Assembly (NCBI GenBank): GCA_036172245.1
Contig: JAYWIR010000010.1
Location: forward strand, 2,294,001 to 2,358,000
Direction of reading: 5' to 3'
Source of the DNA: Raillietiella orientalis
Taxonomy: Eukaryota
Length of the DNA: 64,000 nt
Of this stretch, positions 12,355 to 25,149 are shown in pieces; the stretch's first letter is position 1, and each line of letters starts with the position of its first letter. The translations under genes were made by a program, and so were the position numbers. Below the pieces are notes generated by a model. That model was not told where the DNA came from. It was given only the letters and a program-made list of their open reading frames with translations, and did not search any database.

Positions 12355-13335
12355 GCCATGAGTTCGCTCAACCCTGATTGACACCCCTTCGGGAGTTTTC
12401 TCTCCAGAGTATAAGAAGCGCGCTGCTTCCTTCGGGGAGCGCCCTTAGGGAAATTTGGAAGCATCCCTTCAGAAGAAATGAGAGAGTGGACCTTTCCCGG
12501 GGATACCTCCGGAGATAATAAGGAAGAGAATCCCTTCGGAGTTCGCTTCGGAGACGACCAAGACGAAGGTTCCCTTCGGGATTCCCCCACCAAGCGTAAG
12601 AGGGACAGACTCCTTGCTCCGGAGCATCCCTGGATTCGTAGCGTGGTCCCCTCTCGGAGTATTCCCTAACTGGAAGAGTTACACGCGCCTTCGGGTAGCG
12701 TAGAGTGTTGGTCCTTTGGGTGCGGGGCTCATCAGATTTCAACGTTCCGTGTTGACAGCACGCGCGTCGCAGCTGCCATCTCTTCGGAACGGAACGCTTT
12801 TTCGCGTACCGCGCGCTCTGCCGAGTTACCCACTGACTACACAAAGTGCCGATTACAGTTACTATTATAATGATTTATCTACAGCACATTAAATAAAATG
12901 TGTTCACTTTCCCCAAACATATATTGCTTATTTAAAAATTACACTTATAATTCGAATAAAATCAATAATTCATTCACATTTTTAAGGTATCACAAAGATA
13001 AAAAACAACATAATAAATTATGCACGGCACCGGAAAGACCGAGAATGCTTAGCCGATACACATAGAATTTGGTTTACTGCCGTTGCCAAGGGAGTTATAA
13101 GAAGGTAAGTGTATGCGTCCATCTCAAACACGGACAGTGTCAACTTGTGTCGCGAGTATAAGGTAAAAAAAAAAACGTTTGCCAAACGCATATAAGCGTC
13201 CATAGTCCACGCCGAAAATTTTCGCCGAACACACGTATGCGTCCACAGCGTACCCTCGGGCTCATCTACGCGTCCTTAGCACTCAAAGGGTTAAAGAAAT
13301 TCGTGAGCCTCCAGGCGAACGATCTTGAGTACTTA
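12355..13335 (+). mobile_element. SINE-like repeat copy D (3' half), interrupted by a MITE at 12712-13290
   Basis: 12355-12711 aligns with 33200-33600 (CTCTCCAGAGT.TAAG.AGCGCGCTGC; CTCCGGAGA.AATAAGGAAGAG). The remaining 3' end resumes at 13291 (TTAAAGAAATTCGTGAGCCTCCAGGCGAACGATCTTGAG). Confidence 0.7.
12712..13290. mobile_element. piggyBac-type non-autonomous element (MITE)
   Basis: Right end is GCACTCAAAGGG|TTAA; left end is TTGG|TCCTTTGGGTGC, a degenerate inverted match to TTAA|CCCTTTGAGTGC. The interior is AT-rich with subterminal (GTAT)GCGTCC repeats at ~13111, 13192, 13235 and 13266. Uninterrupted copy C has a single TTAA at the equivalent position. Confidence 0.65.
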
Positions 13336-13449
13336 GCGAACCGTCTTTCTCAGGCACTCCAAACAGAGCCATAGATGCACACTTGTTCTCTAGGAGACAT
13401 GTAAGGGACTAATTTTCTGGAATGTATTGGTCTCCGCCTGGGTCTTCAC

Positions 13450-15500
13450 GCCTGTGCCACCATCGACTGTTTGGTTTGGCATCTGTTACCTTTGAGACAC
13501 GAAACGACACACGAAACACAGGATGAGCTGCTGCTCACAGTCACAGAACTCCAAATCTCTTGCCACCTGCATGCGAACCAAACGAGGAACTCTAATGGCT
13601 CCTCGACCCCTCTGCTTGAGGGCTCTCTTCCTCCCTTTGGCCCCATGGTCATGAGAAGCAGCCACCCTAACGGACCCATTCTTCTGATGGACGTCGCTCG
13701 AGGTTTCCTCGACGGCGAGGTCGAGGAAGCCATAGCGCTCATACCGTTAACGCCTTGCGACGAGAGAAGACGCAGAGCTAGACTTGGAGCACAGTAGGTT
13801 GGGTTCTCTGTACTGTGCTCCAGAATGCTCTGAGACCCATGAAAACCATCAGAGCGGGGTTGGAAGATCAGCATTTCCATCTTCGAGATACCATCACATG
13901 AGAATCCAATCCAGAACGCTATGGAAAGTCGCTGAAACTGTACAATGGGTTTCTCCTGAATCGCCCGCACGAGTCCTCGAGAGTGCAGCTGTGGAGTCGA
14001 CGACGGAACCAAAGAGGTAAAGAACTGTTGCATTCTAATTTGCAAAGTGTTTCTATTAGAAAAGGGAACAAATCTGTTTGCCACGCTCTATTCCTTTCTC
14101 CATTGCTTTATTCCATCTTCTCCATTCTGTTCACCATTAATTTCCGGACATCTCGAAGGGGTAACTCGCTCCTGTTTTACCCGGATTACAATCCAGCGTC
14201 GACAGCTGGATGTCTCTCTTGCGAGAAGACTTCATTAATTTGATGAGATTTTCGTATTCATGATTTTGGGTTCCGATAGAGCAGAGAGAGAACCCCTTCG
14301 CGAGCTGATGCTGTTTGCAGAAACTCGCAAAAGGATTTTCTTTCTCTCCCCTGGTGTGGTGGGAGCATAAAATTGCAGGTTCATCGTCAATCCGGGGAAT
14401 GGAAGAGAAACGCAAATTATGTGAGATACCTTCACGGGAGAAGCCACGAACGTATCTCAACCTGCATGGTGGGATGCACTGAGTGTGCCGACGTACCGAG
14501 GAAGGCGCGTGTTCGGCTCAGTTCAGTCATTCGAAGTTCTTGCCTGGGATGCCCTCTACAAGAACGCAAACGAATTCCGAAGGAGGTCGTCATGTGACTG
14601 ATCGTTACGTCTTTCACCAAGCGTCCTCAAGGACCCTTTTCTGCTATTCCAGTCTCTCGAAGGAATTCCAGCGGTTGCCGAGAAACAAACCCGTGCCGCG
14701 ACAACCTCACGAGACAGAGGTACTTGAAACTTGCTGGAGTCTCACTGTGCACGAGGGAATTGGAGGAAGAATGAAAGATGCTGGGAAGTTGCAGAAAGAT
14801 TTCTGCTTCAATGGTATGAAAACCTTATAGAGAAGATGCAAAGGCGAGGTCAGAGTCACCTCCAATCCTGACCCTCCGAATGCATCCAAATGAAAAGCAA
14901 AAGGAGATGACGCGAACACAGTTCTTGTCAGAATCACGAGGAGTGAAGGATCAGTAGATGCCTGGAAAGAGCTGAAGTCCATACGAAGGCTATGCAGCAG
15001 GAACCTCGTTCACCAAGCTATAAGTGAGTTCGCCGACCTCAGTGTTCTCTTATGGAGGCACGAATCGGCAGGAGGGTCCACCGCAACATCCCTCAATACC
15101 TCTTCTCTACCCGAATCCGGATGCTTTGCTAAGTGTGCGAGAACACATCTGATTTCGCACAAGGGAGTGCATGAGGGAGCAAACGGGCAGTCGAAAACCT
15201 CGAACGCCCCTCAAAATTTCTTATCTAAAGTGGCTCAGTGGCGACAGCTCGCGTCTGGAGATAGGCAGGCGACAGGGGATTTTTGAGCCTTCTCAGCCTC
15301 CAGCGCGCGTGAGGCAAAAGTCCAGCGTCGCTGTGTTCCCACCCCTGTCTCCCTACATGGGCATACGTAGATTTGTAACGGATCCAGAGTTATTTATTGC
15401 ATTTGCCCACACTGAGGTGCGTGTGCCCACAGCCAACAGCCAACACCCCTCTGGATTTGTACTTATGCGAGTGACTGTGCAAACTTCACAGGATGCAGCT
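13450..15500 (-). mobile_element. Two degenerate LINE RT/C-terminal fragments (CR1/L2-like)
   Basis: 13450-14100: FWIGFSCDGISKMEMLIF..TYCAPSLALRL (compare W..GL.I..SKT..M.F / YLGV.LD..L). 14250-15000: EFVCVL (compare LEYCSxVW) and a TRG.. tail motif. Confidence 0.35.
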
Positions 15501-15899
15501 TCCGCTGCTTCAGGATATTCCAGATAGTCGCACTCGATTGTAGGCAAAGGGCACCTTCCCTCCTCCTTTCGTCTTGTCTCCTCTGGAGAAGTATTGTAAA
15601 GGCAAGCGACGCCCAGAATTGTTGCTTCTCCTTCACCTGAGAGCACAAAATCCTGTTGTAGTTTCGAATCTCTTCCTCGAGTGAGCTGATTGGGGGTCAT
15701 CAGCTGCCACTTTTTGCGTGCAGCCCTTTTCATCCGGGCTTCCAGTGAATCGTGTCCCGGATTCCCACGAAGACTGAGAGGGTCATTGGGACCTTTCGTT
15801 TTCCTTTAGAGAAGTAAACTATTTCTGTGGATTTATCTTGAGTGGCTCTGTCCTCAGATAAGTTTTCTGTTTGGGATGTGTTCTTCGAACGGGCCTAGT

Positions 15900-17500
15900 T
15901 CCGAATTTGGGAAAGCAGTATCGCGTGAAATGTGTCCAACAAGTAAGGTCAACGCGCATCAGTGTAGTGAACTTTATTACAGTGGTCAGGAGACAAAGGG
16001 ATCCCTCTGCGAACCAAATGATGACGATCATGGGTTCTCAACCTCGAAACGATTGACAAAGTTCATCTCTTCACTTGATTTGTAGCCCTTTCCGATGTAT
16101 TGCGCTTCCGAGTCCAGCATTTACGCGGATGATTTCACCCCCCTTTCTTCGCACCAAGGAGACTTTCCATGTTTTCCAATCTCCGCTTTTCGACTGTGGC
16201 TCTGCGCTGGGATTGCAACTGGAATTGGATATCTGTACAATCCAACCCCATTTACAGATGGCTGAATCTTCAGGACAGCGCATGAATGGAAGTGGAAACA
16301 GTTTAGACTGCTCTTACCAGACTCGTTGCAGTCGAGAAATCATTTCCAAATCCAAACTCCTGAGCCTTTTTTTTTCTCTCTCTCTCTCTCTCTTCACGGT
16401 TCTAGGGAACACTTGTAGCTTCCTGGATTCCCTGCTCAGCTTTCTGTGCTTCGAATACGCTGGCAATACCTAGTACTGAGAGATGATGCTGTCTTTGGTA
16501 ACGCTTTATTTCTGGTCTCCACTCTTCTGCAACTGCGACGGCTACTCCACGGAGGTGTAGCCTGCTATTTGCGCAGAATTGCTGATAAAGTGCTTCTAAA
16601 GTTCATTCGAGTAATAGAGCTAATTACGAAGGTGTGGCAGGCAAACATCGGATGAGCCAGTTTCGATGCCTTAGAGATCGGAGATGAAAGAAGATGCTCC
16701 TTGTAACATCTTCTATCATCGCAAAAACCATTTGATCACATCGTGCGAAATAATGGATAAGGAATGGGAAAGGAAGGACGGGAACGTTAACTCATATCGA
16801 GATGTCTGCAAGCCTCCCCAGAGAAACATTGAGACGACAGCCAGCATCAAACTCATCTTCCCTCTTCGTTCCAGAACTTCAAGGAAGACCCTATAGACGA
16901 AGCGCCTGGTGCTTGCTTTCGTTGCTTCTGTGGATGGGATCGATTCCTTCTGCTCACTTCGTCTCCATCCGCATCTTCCGAATCGGATCCATCTTTCCGA
17001 ATCGGTCCTTATGGGTATCAAAGGCAGCTCATGAGCAAGAAGGAGAGGATTTTGTCCACGCAGCAGCGCGTGCCATCTCTGCGATTTTTGAACCAACTGA
17101 GCACAATTTGAGGTTCCGAAGAAAACGCAACTCTCCTGGGTGTCTTTGTACTATTTTGTGATTCGTATTACTCACGTATCGATAAACCGATGCACACTGC
17201 CATTTCAGTGAAAGATACAGATGGCAGTCAGCAGGGTGTATTTCGGTGTGCGTTTTTTGCAAATCTAGAACATCCAAGATGCACACAAAATAATTCGCTG
17301 TCACATAAGCAGCGACGAAATGCTGACGAATTTGCGCAACACCGCGGAAGGGAATCTCCGCAGCGTTCCAGGAACCTGCAGAGGGACAGGAATGCCAAGA
17401 AGAAAGTGAAAGTGAAGGAAAGGCAACTGGGCGGAAGGAGGGACTTCTTGGACGACATGTGGAGCGTTCGAGCCGAAACAGATACGATGCGTTTCCATTC
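15900..17500 (+). mobile_element. Degenerate LINE RT plus RNase H remnant (I/R1-like)
   Basis: QSPLFDCGSALG..ICTIQPHLQMA (compare SLFADD.A....IQ..LQ.A), and downstream TDGSQQGVFRCAF (RNase H TDGS...G.G.AF). Confidence 0.5.
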
Positions 17501-18599
17501 TACAAAGGACAAGCGGAATTGCATCCCAAATCAAAAAAGGGGAAGGCACGATTGTCCTTGAGGATAAACCCTTTATTCTCGATAGAGAGCTTCCGATTTG
17601 AGAATTCGGGACTGCAGGAACATCTGCATACACAGTGGGTTGAAAAGATAGAGTGAAGAGACGAAGGGGAAGCCTTAAAAGCGTGGCCTTAAGTTGAGAC
17701 ACCTGCCAAGGGAGAATTTCCAAAACAAAATTTCAGTCATTGATTTAACAGAAGCAGCCAAGGATAAGCAGGGCTAGAATTCTAAAATTTATTTTTCATA
17801 TGTCAACAGTATAAATTCTAGTGGGCATCATAGTACCTAATGAGGCGACTTGATCACTCCTCCCGGAGCTGTTGTTTCGGAACGAGGGCCGACCATTCTA
17901 CTTGACGCTGCCTGCTAGAGGAGAACTCGGAAGCGGCGCCGGGGTAAACGCGGCTCGAGGACAAGAGACCCCATATAGGGAACCGCGTCTCCTTTTCGCC
18001 GACAAAGGGGTACGGGTCACGATACGAGGGCACACTAGCGGTAGGTAGGATCAACGGGAGTTCAGGACTAGAATAACGAAGAGGAGCCCAGAAAACTGGA
18101 GGTCCCTCAAGCACTGCCAGAAGACATGAAAGAAAGTGGTGTGCAGCCGGGGCATTTTGGGTCACAGGCTAGGATGAACAGCTGACAGCGAGCTTTTGAG
18201 CGGATGACCAGATGATGGGAAACGGTGAAGAATCCCCTTGAAGCTTTTTCATTTCGCTCCATTTCAAAGTACTATTTTGTGAGGGAGCATCAAGTTTTAC
18301 ATTGCCCTACTTGGTAATGGTGCCTTGAAAATCGAGCGCATGTGTTTCCAGTTTCTTTGCTCCTCGGCAGAAGACAATGACAACCACCTAGCCGTGCGGA
18401 CAGCAAGCAGCTCCTATCAAATTATCGCAGAATCGTTCGTTACTGCGTTCCGGGAACGACTCAGAGGAACTCGGAACACCGACCAGCAACCAGCGGACCA
18501 GTCCAAACAGGTTGCGACAGTACTGACTAACGGCCAGTTTCGGTGTCTTCTCTTTGATGCCGCTGAATCCCATGCAAAAAAAGGAATCGGAACTGACTG

Positions 18600-18870
18600 A
18601 TCACTGCCGTTTCGTTCTTTGGTCGTGAGCGTGCAACTCAAGACCAGCCATCTTGCAACTCTCCTCGCGACCGCGACGGCGAAAAACCTGGATCGAAAGG
18701 TTCCGCTCTGCGCGTATGTGGAGGAGGAACTCCAGATGATCCCCGATGCAAACGCCATTGCCAGGAAGCACACCCTTTTTTCACTGAAAGATGCCCTCAC
18801 AGAGAACCAGAGGGTAATGACGGGAATGATGAAAATGGTTAGCGTGGCTGCTGAAAACAGCTGAATACTT
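18600..18870 (+). mobile_element. Possible hAT transposase C-terminal dimerisation remnant
   Basis: LQMIPDANAIARKHTLFSLKDALTENQRVM resembles L.IP.SNA..ER.FS.....T..R..M. Confidence 0.3.
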
Positions 18871-19449
18871 GGAGTAACCAGCAAATGCGAGAAGTTCAGT
18901 TGGATACGAGAAGTCTTACCATCCTAAAATCTCTCCTGTCGATCGATTTCTTGCGAAAGCCAGATGCTGTCAAGAAAGATAAGATTCACTGCTCCATGCC
19001 TACCAGAGCCAATCTTCAGCTTCAAATCTTATGAGTACGGCCTTGAGTACGGTCAAGTGTCAAAGGCATTGTATCAGAGCCACTGCGGCAGGCGTGAATT
19101 AAACTGAGGGTGGAAATGCGCCATTCGATTCCGTAATTCGAAAGTCTTCATCCTCGGACTATTCCCCCCCCGTGAGTGACGTAGACAGGTCATAATTTTG
19201 ATGCCCTAGTCATTTTGTCCAACGCGTTGTTTGTTCCAACTCCGACGGGAAGGCTAGGACTGGCTCGCATGACGCGGAGACCGGAAGTTCCCCTCGCCGT
19301 CGGCCGAAGTGCCGGTTACCACGCTGCCGAGATTTGTTGCCCTCTCTTTGTGCCAGGCGATCGCAACGAGCACGCACCGGAATTCAGGAAAAACTCACGG
19401 AAACGCTTTCAGGGTCGTCCTGTGTGCTTTCGGCATCTCGGTTCGGAAA

Positions 19450-19950
19450 TCAGGGGATCGACTTGAGTCTGATGCCACGGGATCAATCTTAAAGGGAGCA
19501 CGAGCAAAGGTGACGCTGCTCCTCTAAGCTCCCTGGGTTTACTCTTGGCCCTCTTCCAGAGAAGATCATAGCGTGGGAGCTTTCGAAAGATTCATCATTC
19601 CTCTCCTCAGACAGTAACTGTATTTCCTTGATGAGGCTGGAATATCCCGACAACATGCAGCCGAAGATCCGGTGCTTGATTACGCTGGGTAGGATTACGC
19701 GAGAAAAGGCACCTTCGTCTGCGTCCAAGGGTGGGCAGCAGCACTCGCCATTTTAAATTAAAGATTCCTCTTTGGTCGAAGCCGAAGAGCTGTTTTGGCA
19801 AGTTCCATTGCGCAGCTGCCGATCACGGATCGAGGAAGATCAGAGAAGATACTCTAGAGAGACCACGATCTCTCGAGAATTTTTGATAACGACGCCTACG
19901 AAGACTCGTAAAACACGAATCTCCACGGAGACGACGGCATTCGTCGGAGC
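19450..19950 (-). mobile_element. Degenerate LINE RT fragment
   Basis: QLFGF followed by LDADEGAFSRV (compare QFGFR ... LD..KAFDRV). Confidence 0.45.
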
Positions 19951-20149
19951 TTCTTCGCTGCTTTCAGCCCTAGTCCGGTTGTGCACCAAAACACATGTTT
20001 CTTTGGTTGTCCCTGTAGACTGAAAAGATGATATGAGCATTTCCCAGCTGGGAGTGGCTCAGGAACCTTTCACGTCGAATCTCTCTGGAAGATTCTATGC
20101 CCGGCTCCGAGAGTGAGTTCCCCAACCGAAGCATCAAACAGGAGTTTGG

Positions 20150-22250
20150 GTCCCTGTAAGGTCAGTCACGATGACTTCAGGAACGCAACCGATTCTTGCA
20201 CGGAAGCAAAGTCACAGGAGGCGGCGTGTGGTGTCCTGGGATCCTCAGGTTAGCAAACAAGGTTGCAGAGATAATCAAGAATGCCCAACGTTGTTGCTTC
20301 ATGAACTCAAATGTGTGTGTGGCGGGGAAGGGGGGAAGGAAATCCCATTGACACGGACAGATAAAACAAACGGTTACCGCTCTAAAGGGAAGCCTTCGCT
20401 TCAGCGAACGAAGAATCGAGAAAGATCTTTTTACCTCCCAGAGCCCACCTAACTTCACCTGACTAGCGCAGAAGAAAACTGACCTGACCTGACTTACTAA
20501 AGCAGTGTCGGTCTGACATGGCCCAAGAAAAAAAATGTGGTTTTGCATACCCAGCCTCACAGAGCACAGGAAGTGGCGTTCCGGAAATGCAGTGGAAGTC
20601 AAGCGCCACCCGTCACAACCCAGGAATTCGGTGTGACCGTGGCTGTAAATCGTAAGAACTCAGGTTCTGGCACTCGGGAGACAAGCAGAGGAAGGAGCAG
20701 AGAGGAAGCATCATTTAGCACATGCTGGCATGTACGAGGGGAGGAAAAATTAGACGCTACATGTTTCGCGCTTCAGGAAGAGGCCAGAGCAATCTCATGT
20801 TACTGTTTGACACTCCTTGAGTGCAAGACGCGGAAGCCGAGTACCATTCCAGGGCTTCAGGGGTCCTCGCTTCCCTGTCCCTTTGTCCTGTTTCCCACGA
20901 CACCTGGATCGGTAAGAGGCCACTTTGGGTTTCGCACCACCATCTCTTGAACTACTCTCAACTGCACCCGGCATGAAGCTCCCATTTGGTTGCTTCAAAC
21001 AGCCTCAGACATTCCACTCAACAGAAACCAACAGAACTGCCGTTCAGTTTCATTCTTAATGTAGGACAATCGTTTCTCCCCCTTGTTTTTGGCTTAGACG
21101 TGCCAGTTTTGCTGGGAAGATCCAGTCATCCTTATGGCAGAGACTCAGAGAACGTAGCTTTCCCATGACCTGGCAACATCGGATTCCTCCTTCCACATTG
21201 CTTCTCCTGAGGATACCTTCCTGGAAAAGACCTTCGAGGAGCATCCTTTGCAGCCATACTTTTCTTCCAGTTCTTTCGAAGGAATCCCAGATCCTTTCTC
21301 TACCAGTTTACCCAAAGTCCATTTTTCCAGAAATTTCAGGCGAATACCGAGACGCTGCTCGCCACCATATGAAATACATTATGACCCGTCACAGGCTGCA
21401 AAAGACTGAGCATCCGTGCTTATGGCCGGAGGCACTAAACTCTTAGCGAACACTTTTGGTTTGGGGGTCATGCATGTCAACAGAGGTGGTGGTGCTGAAT
21501 ATCAACTCGTCTGAAAACCGCGTCAAGTGAGATTTTGAACGTTCTGGAAATCTCTCGGTAGCTTATAGCAGTAAGCAAAGGGACCCTCGTCTGTGTGCTA
21601 CCAGCCTTTATCTGCAGCTGATGGTAGACCACTTGGTGAAGGTAGTGGATCTTGTCCCTTGAGGAAAAAAAAAAAAAAGTTCTGAAGGACAACGTGAAGC
21701 CGACTGTGGTTCAGGACATGTGGTTGGAAGCTATGTAGGTTCAGGGGGCATTAAAACTGGAGTGGACAGGAAACTAGCTCACGGTTCCAGGAATTCATGA
21801 TGCCGAATCTGGAGCGCAAAAGGGAGAACATATGATATAGGAGGACGAAGAAACCAAGGGAACAGGATTTGAAGAGGTAACGACATTGCTGAGTCTTAGT
21901 GAAGATTGAAAGTGGATGGAAGGAACCTACTGCGGTGATAAGTCTTGTGTGTGGGAGGACGCATTCGACGGCTGAAGCTGGTCAGATGAGTACGCGATGT
22001 GTAAAATAAATGAAATGGAACTTTCGAGAAGGAGATTGTCCTACGCTTGGAAAATGAGCCAAGATTGTGGTTCATCGGTTTGCCCTCATCAGAACGAATC
22101 TCCCGGCATTCCAAAGGCACTCTTTGTTCGTCGTCAATTCCACTTTTTTCAGATCCCATGCAGGATGCATAAATCATCTTCATCTCCAATTTTTATCCTA
22201 GTGAAACGCTCCAAATTCAAATCTATTCAAAGGAAGGATAAAATGCAATT
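20150..22250 (-). mobile_element. Ty3/Gypsy pol remnant (RT, RNase H, integrase)
   Basis: Motifs in Gypsy order on the minus strand: THKTYHRSRFLP; DKIHYLHQVV (RT); ISTDAQS (RNase H); FFLGPCQTDTALVSQVRSVFFC (integrase zinc finger); LPFRAVTVCFICP (integrase core). Many frame disruptions. Confidence 0.55.
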
Positions 22251-22879
22251 TGGATAAGCGCAGATAAAATTCATTTCAGCAGGCACAATTGGTTCGAAGA
22301 GCACCCTCCTTCTTTTTGTATGATACTCCTGGGGTTCTGAGATTGATTCACAAGCTGGAGAGTCCACTTTCAGATTTCCTTGTTTGAGCTTATGGCGTTA
22401 TGTTTGCAAGAAACACGAGAAATATGTGTTTGCGAAATTAAGTGTCGAAAAAAGGCGGCATTCCAAACAAGAGACCCCTTTCCTCCATGGGAAAGCGCAA
22501 GATATGAAGTGGATTGCCTAATAAAATGTCAAGAAGATGCCCATTCATATGATCTCCATTTGTTGGAAGAATGCTCAGAGAACTTCCTGATGATTAAGCC
22601 ATCATTCGGAGCGCAAGAAAACTAAATGCGCCTTTTTGAGATTGGTAAACAGCATGACGCGGATGCCCTTTCTGTTAAAATCTGCATTTCTGTTTGCATT
22701 TGTCTTTACCACTCTTCGTGCAGCACACACACGGAGATCAATTTCCATGTGCAGGAGCTAGGAGCCTCACCTCAAGAGACTGGGCAATGTTTTCTCCCCC
22801 CGAGACTTTCTCATATCTTGTCTTGAGGGCTGCTGCATGTAGTCTGCGTTCCTAATACTGTTCGCATGATCGAGGTGGA

Positions 22880-23500
22880 CCTGGAGTCCGAGAGCTCTCA
22901 TGTGATACGAGAACTGTTTCCCGTGGACACCTGGAACTTTTGGAAGAGTTTGGAATCATTCGCTGTGGAGGGCAGTCCCGAAATCATGAAAAAGCTTCCC
23001 CCAAAACACCACCTTTTCATTAGTTGATGCAAAAGCAGCGCATCTCGAAATTGTTCCACCGAGTCCATCCGCTTATCTGCCCCTAAGCGGCTACCGAGAG
23101 TTGTCCAGACAACACACGAATACTTCATCATCCTCGAAGCGAGGAGCAGCGACAAGATCACATTCAGGATCCGTTCATGCATCTGTTTCTTGGAGATCCC
23201 GATGAATCAAAAGGCGATTCATTATTTCATTTCTCACACTTCTTCCAAGAATGACGAATCGTTGCCACTGGCGAAAGATGCACGCAGCAAACCAAGAGAT
23301 AAACCGTAAAGCGAGCATCGAAAACATACCGAAAGGAGCACACACTCTTGCAACTCTGATAGCTCGCTGCCCCAACCAACAGCGCGTTCCCTTGTGGCAC
23401 CAGGAGCTGCCCCAAGGAAACGCGATGCTGCTTGCCTGAAACAAAAGGGGAAAAAAATTCCACCAAGTGGTGCTCGCAAAACGCGCGGCCTCCAGCGACG
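22880..23500 (-). mobile_element. Degenerate LINE RT C-terminal fragment
   Basis: SLLLASRMMKYSCVVW..KRMDSVEQ resembles SLVRP.LEYC..VW...KLE.VQ. Confidence 0.45.
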
Positions 23501-25149
23501 GAGCAAAGCCCGCGCCCGCGAATTGCTTCGGGGGAATACAATCTAAGATCACTGATACTGAGAGACTCGCCTTTGTCCAAACCTTATTTGCTGCTGCTGC
23601 GACTGCAGATTTTTTTGCAGTCAGGATGCGCTTCGTCTCATCGATCCATCACCCCTTCCAGTCAGCAGGCGGAAGACTCGTTACCGGGTCGGGGAGGCCG
23701 TCCCGCGAGTCTACTTCGAGATGGAAATGCGCGCCGTTTAAGAAAGGAAATTCCATTTCCAGGGCGAACTCTCGGGGTGCGCTGCGGTCTGAGGCACGAA
23801 TACCGGGAACTAGCAGCTGGTCGCCAGAAGCCTCCACCAGTGAGACACTGCCGAATGGATAGGTCATCGAAGCCCCAAGCAAGCAGTAATGACCCAACGA
23901 CGAAACAGCCTTGAGACTATGAGGAAGGCGTTCACAACTCCCTGCTGACACTTCCGAGAGAGAGACAGAGAGCGCGTTCCCAGAAGTTTGCCAGGTGCGG
24001 GGCGATCGAACCCTCTCCACCACCTACTTCTGAACCTCTTCCTCGGAGGTTTGCAGCACATCGTGTTCAACTTTTTCGGCAAGCGTTGCATCGCTGCAGC
24101 AGTCGCGCGTTGCCATGCCGATGGAGCAGCGAAACAGCACCGGAGGACGGTCGTTCGCATTATCCCATCTGTGAGGAGGGGTAGCAAGTCGTCCTGAGAT
24201 CAAGGACGACGCCTCCCGGATTGCGGGAAGGCTATAAGACGCGAAACAAAAACCCTATGACTCTCCTTGTCCTCCTTCCCCCACTTCCGGGAAGCGATAG
24301 ACTCTTGTGCGCGGTGTTTACCCATACCATATCCGCATTTATTTATTTTTGATCCTCGTTGCCCTTTGGATCCCTTTGTACGGAGCTCCTCTTGACTGCC
24401 GGTCTAGGTACCCTCGTTCCCCGCGAATCGTGCCCCTAGGGCACGTGAATGTACGTTCACACGTTTTGAATACACGTCCCGGAGTGACCGAGCTCACAAC
24501 GGTGACGATGCTGCACGGGTCAAAGGAAACAGCGGGAGCTGTAGGAAAGGTCTTACCCTCATTCCGTGGGCTCCCCGCATCTCCCGAGCACATCGCGGAA
24601 AAATTTCACGAATCACTGCGAACACGAAGAAAGTTCCCCCTCCGAGAAAATTCCGCCATCCCGGTGCTGATCTGATCCGATCAATCCAAGCTGCCTGGAC
24701 GCCAAGCGCCACTACGGGAAAAGGATACTCACAAGAGAAAATCCTGCTCCCATGCCGGGTTGTATCCCTTGACGGTCACTGTCGTCGACTTGACATTTTG
24801 CAGCTTGAGAATGACGTAGGTGCTGAAGTTCTGATGGGCTGCTGAAGAAAAAGAACACGGAGCAACATGAATGCGAACTCTTCGGGACAGGAAACTGTTG
24901 TGAAGAACGGAAATGTGTCCTTTCGTGTTGCGCGTCTTCCTCGGCCACGGCGGTGTCCGACGAGTGCGGAACTCGCGGGCATCTCACTCGAGAAGATCAC
25001 ATTAAGGGAAATCGGCTCTCGGTGACCCCACGAAGACGGCGAGTGGGTCAGAAAGCGTGCGCGCAACAAGAAGCCGGAGGCGAAATTGGTACCCTGCCGG
25101 CGGGGCGCAGCAGTGGCGAAGGAGCCAGTCGCTTCCGGCTTCTTTGCCA

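Noticed and set aside
11570..13335. Inverted repeat copies C and D as the TIRs of one DNA transposon
   Set aside because: The same sequence occurs elsewhere as solo copies with a tRNA-like other end, the arms are unequal and diverged, and no TSD was seen. Two independent insertions are the simpler explanation.
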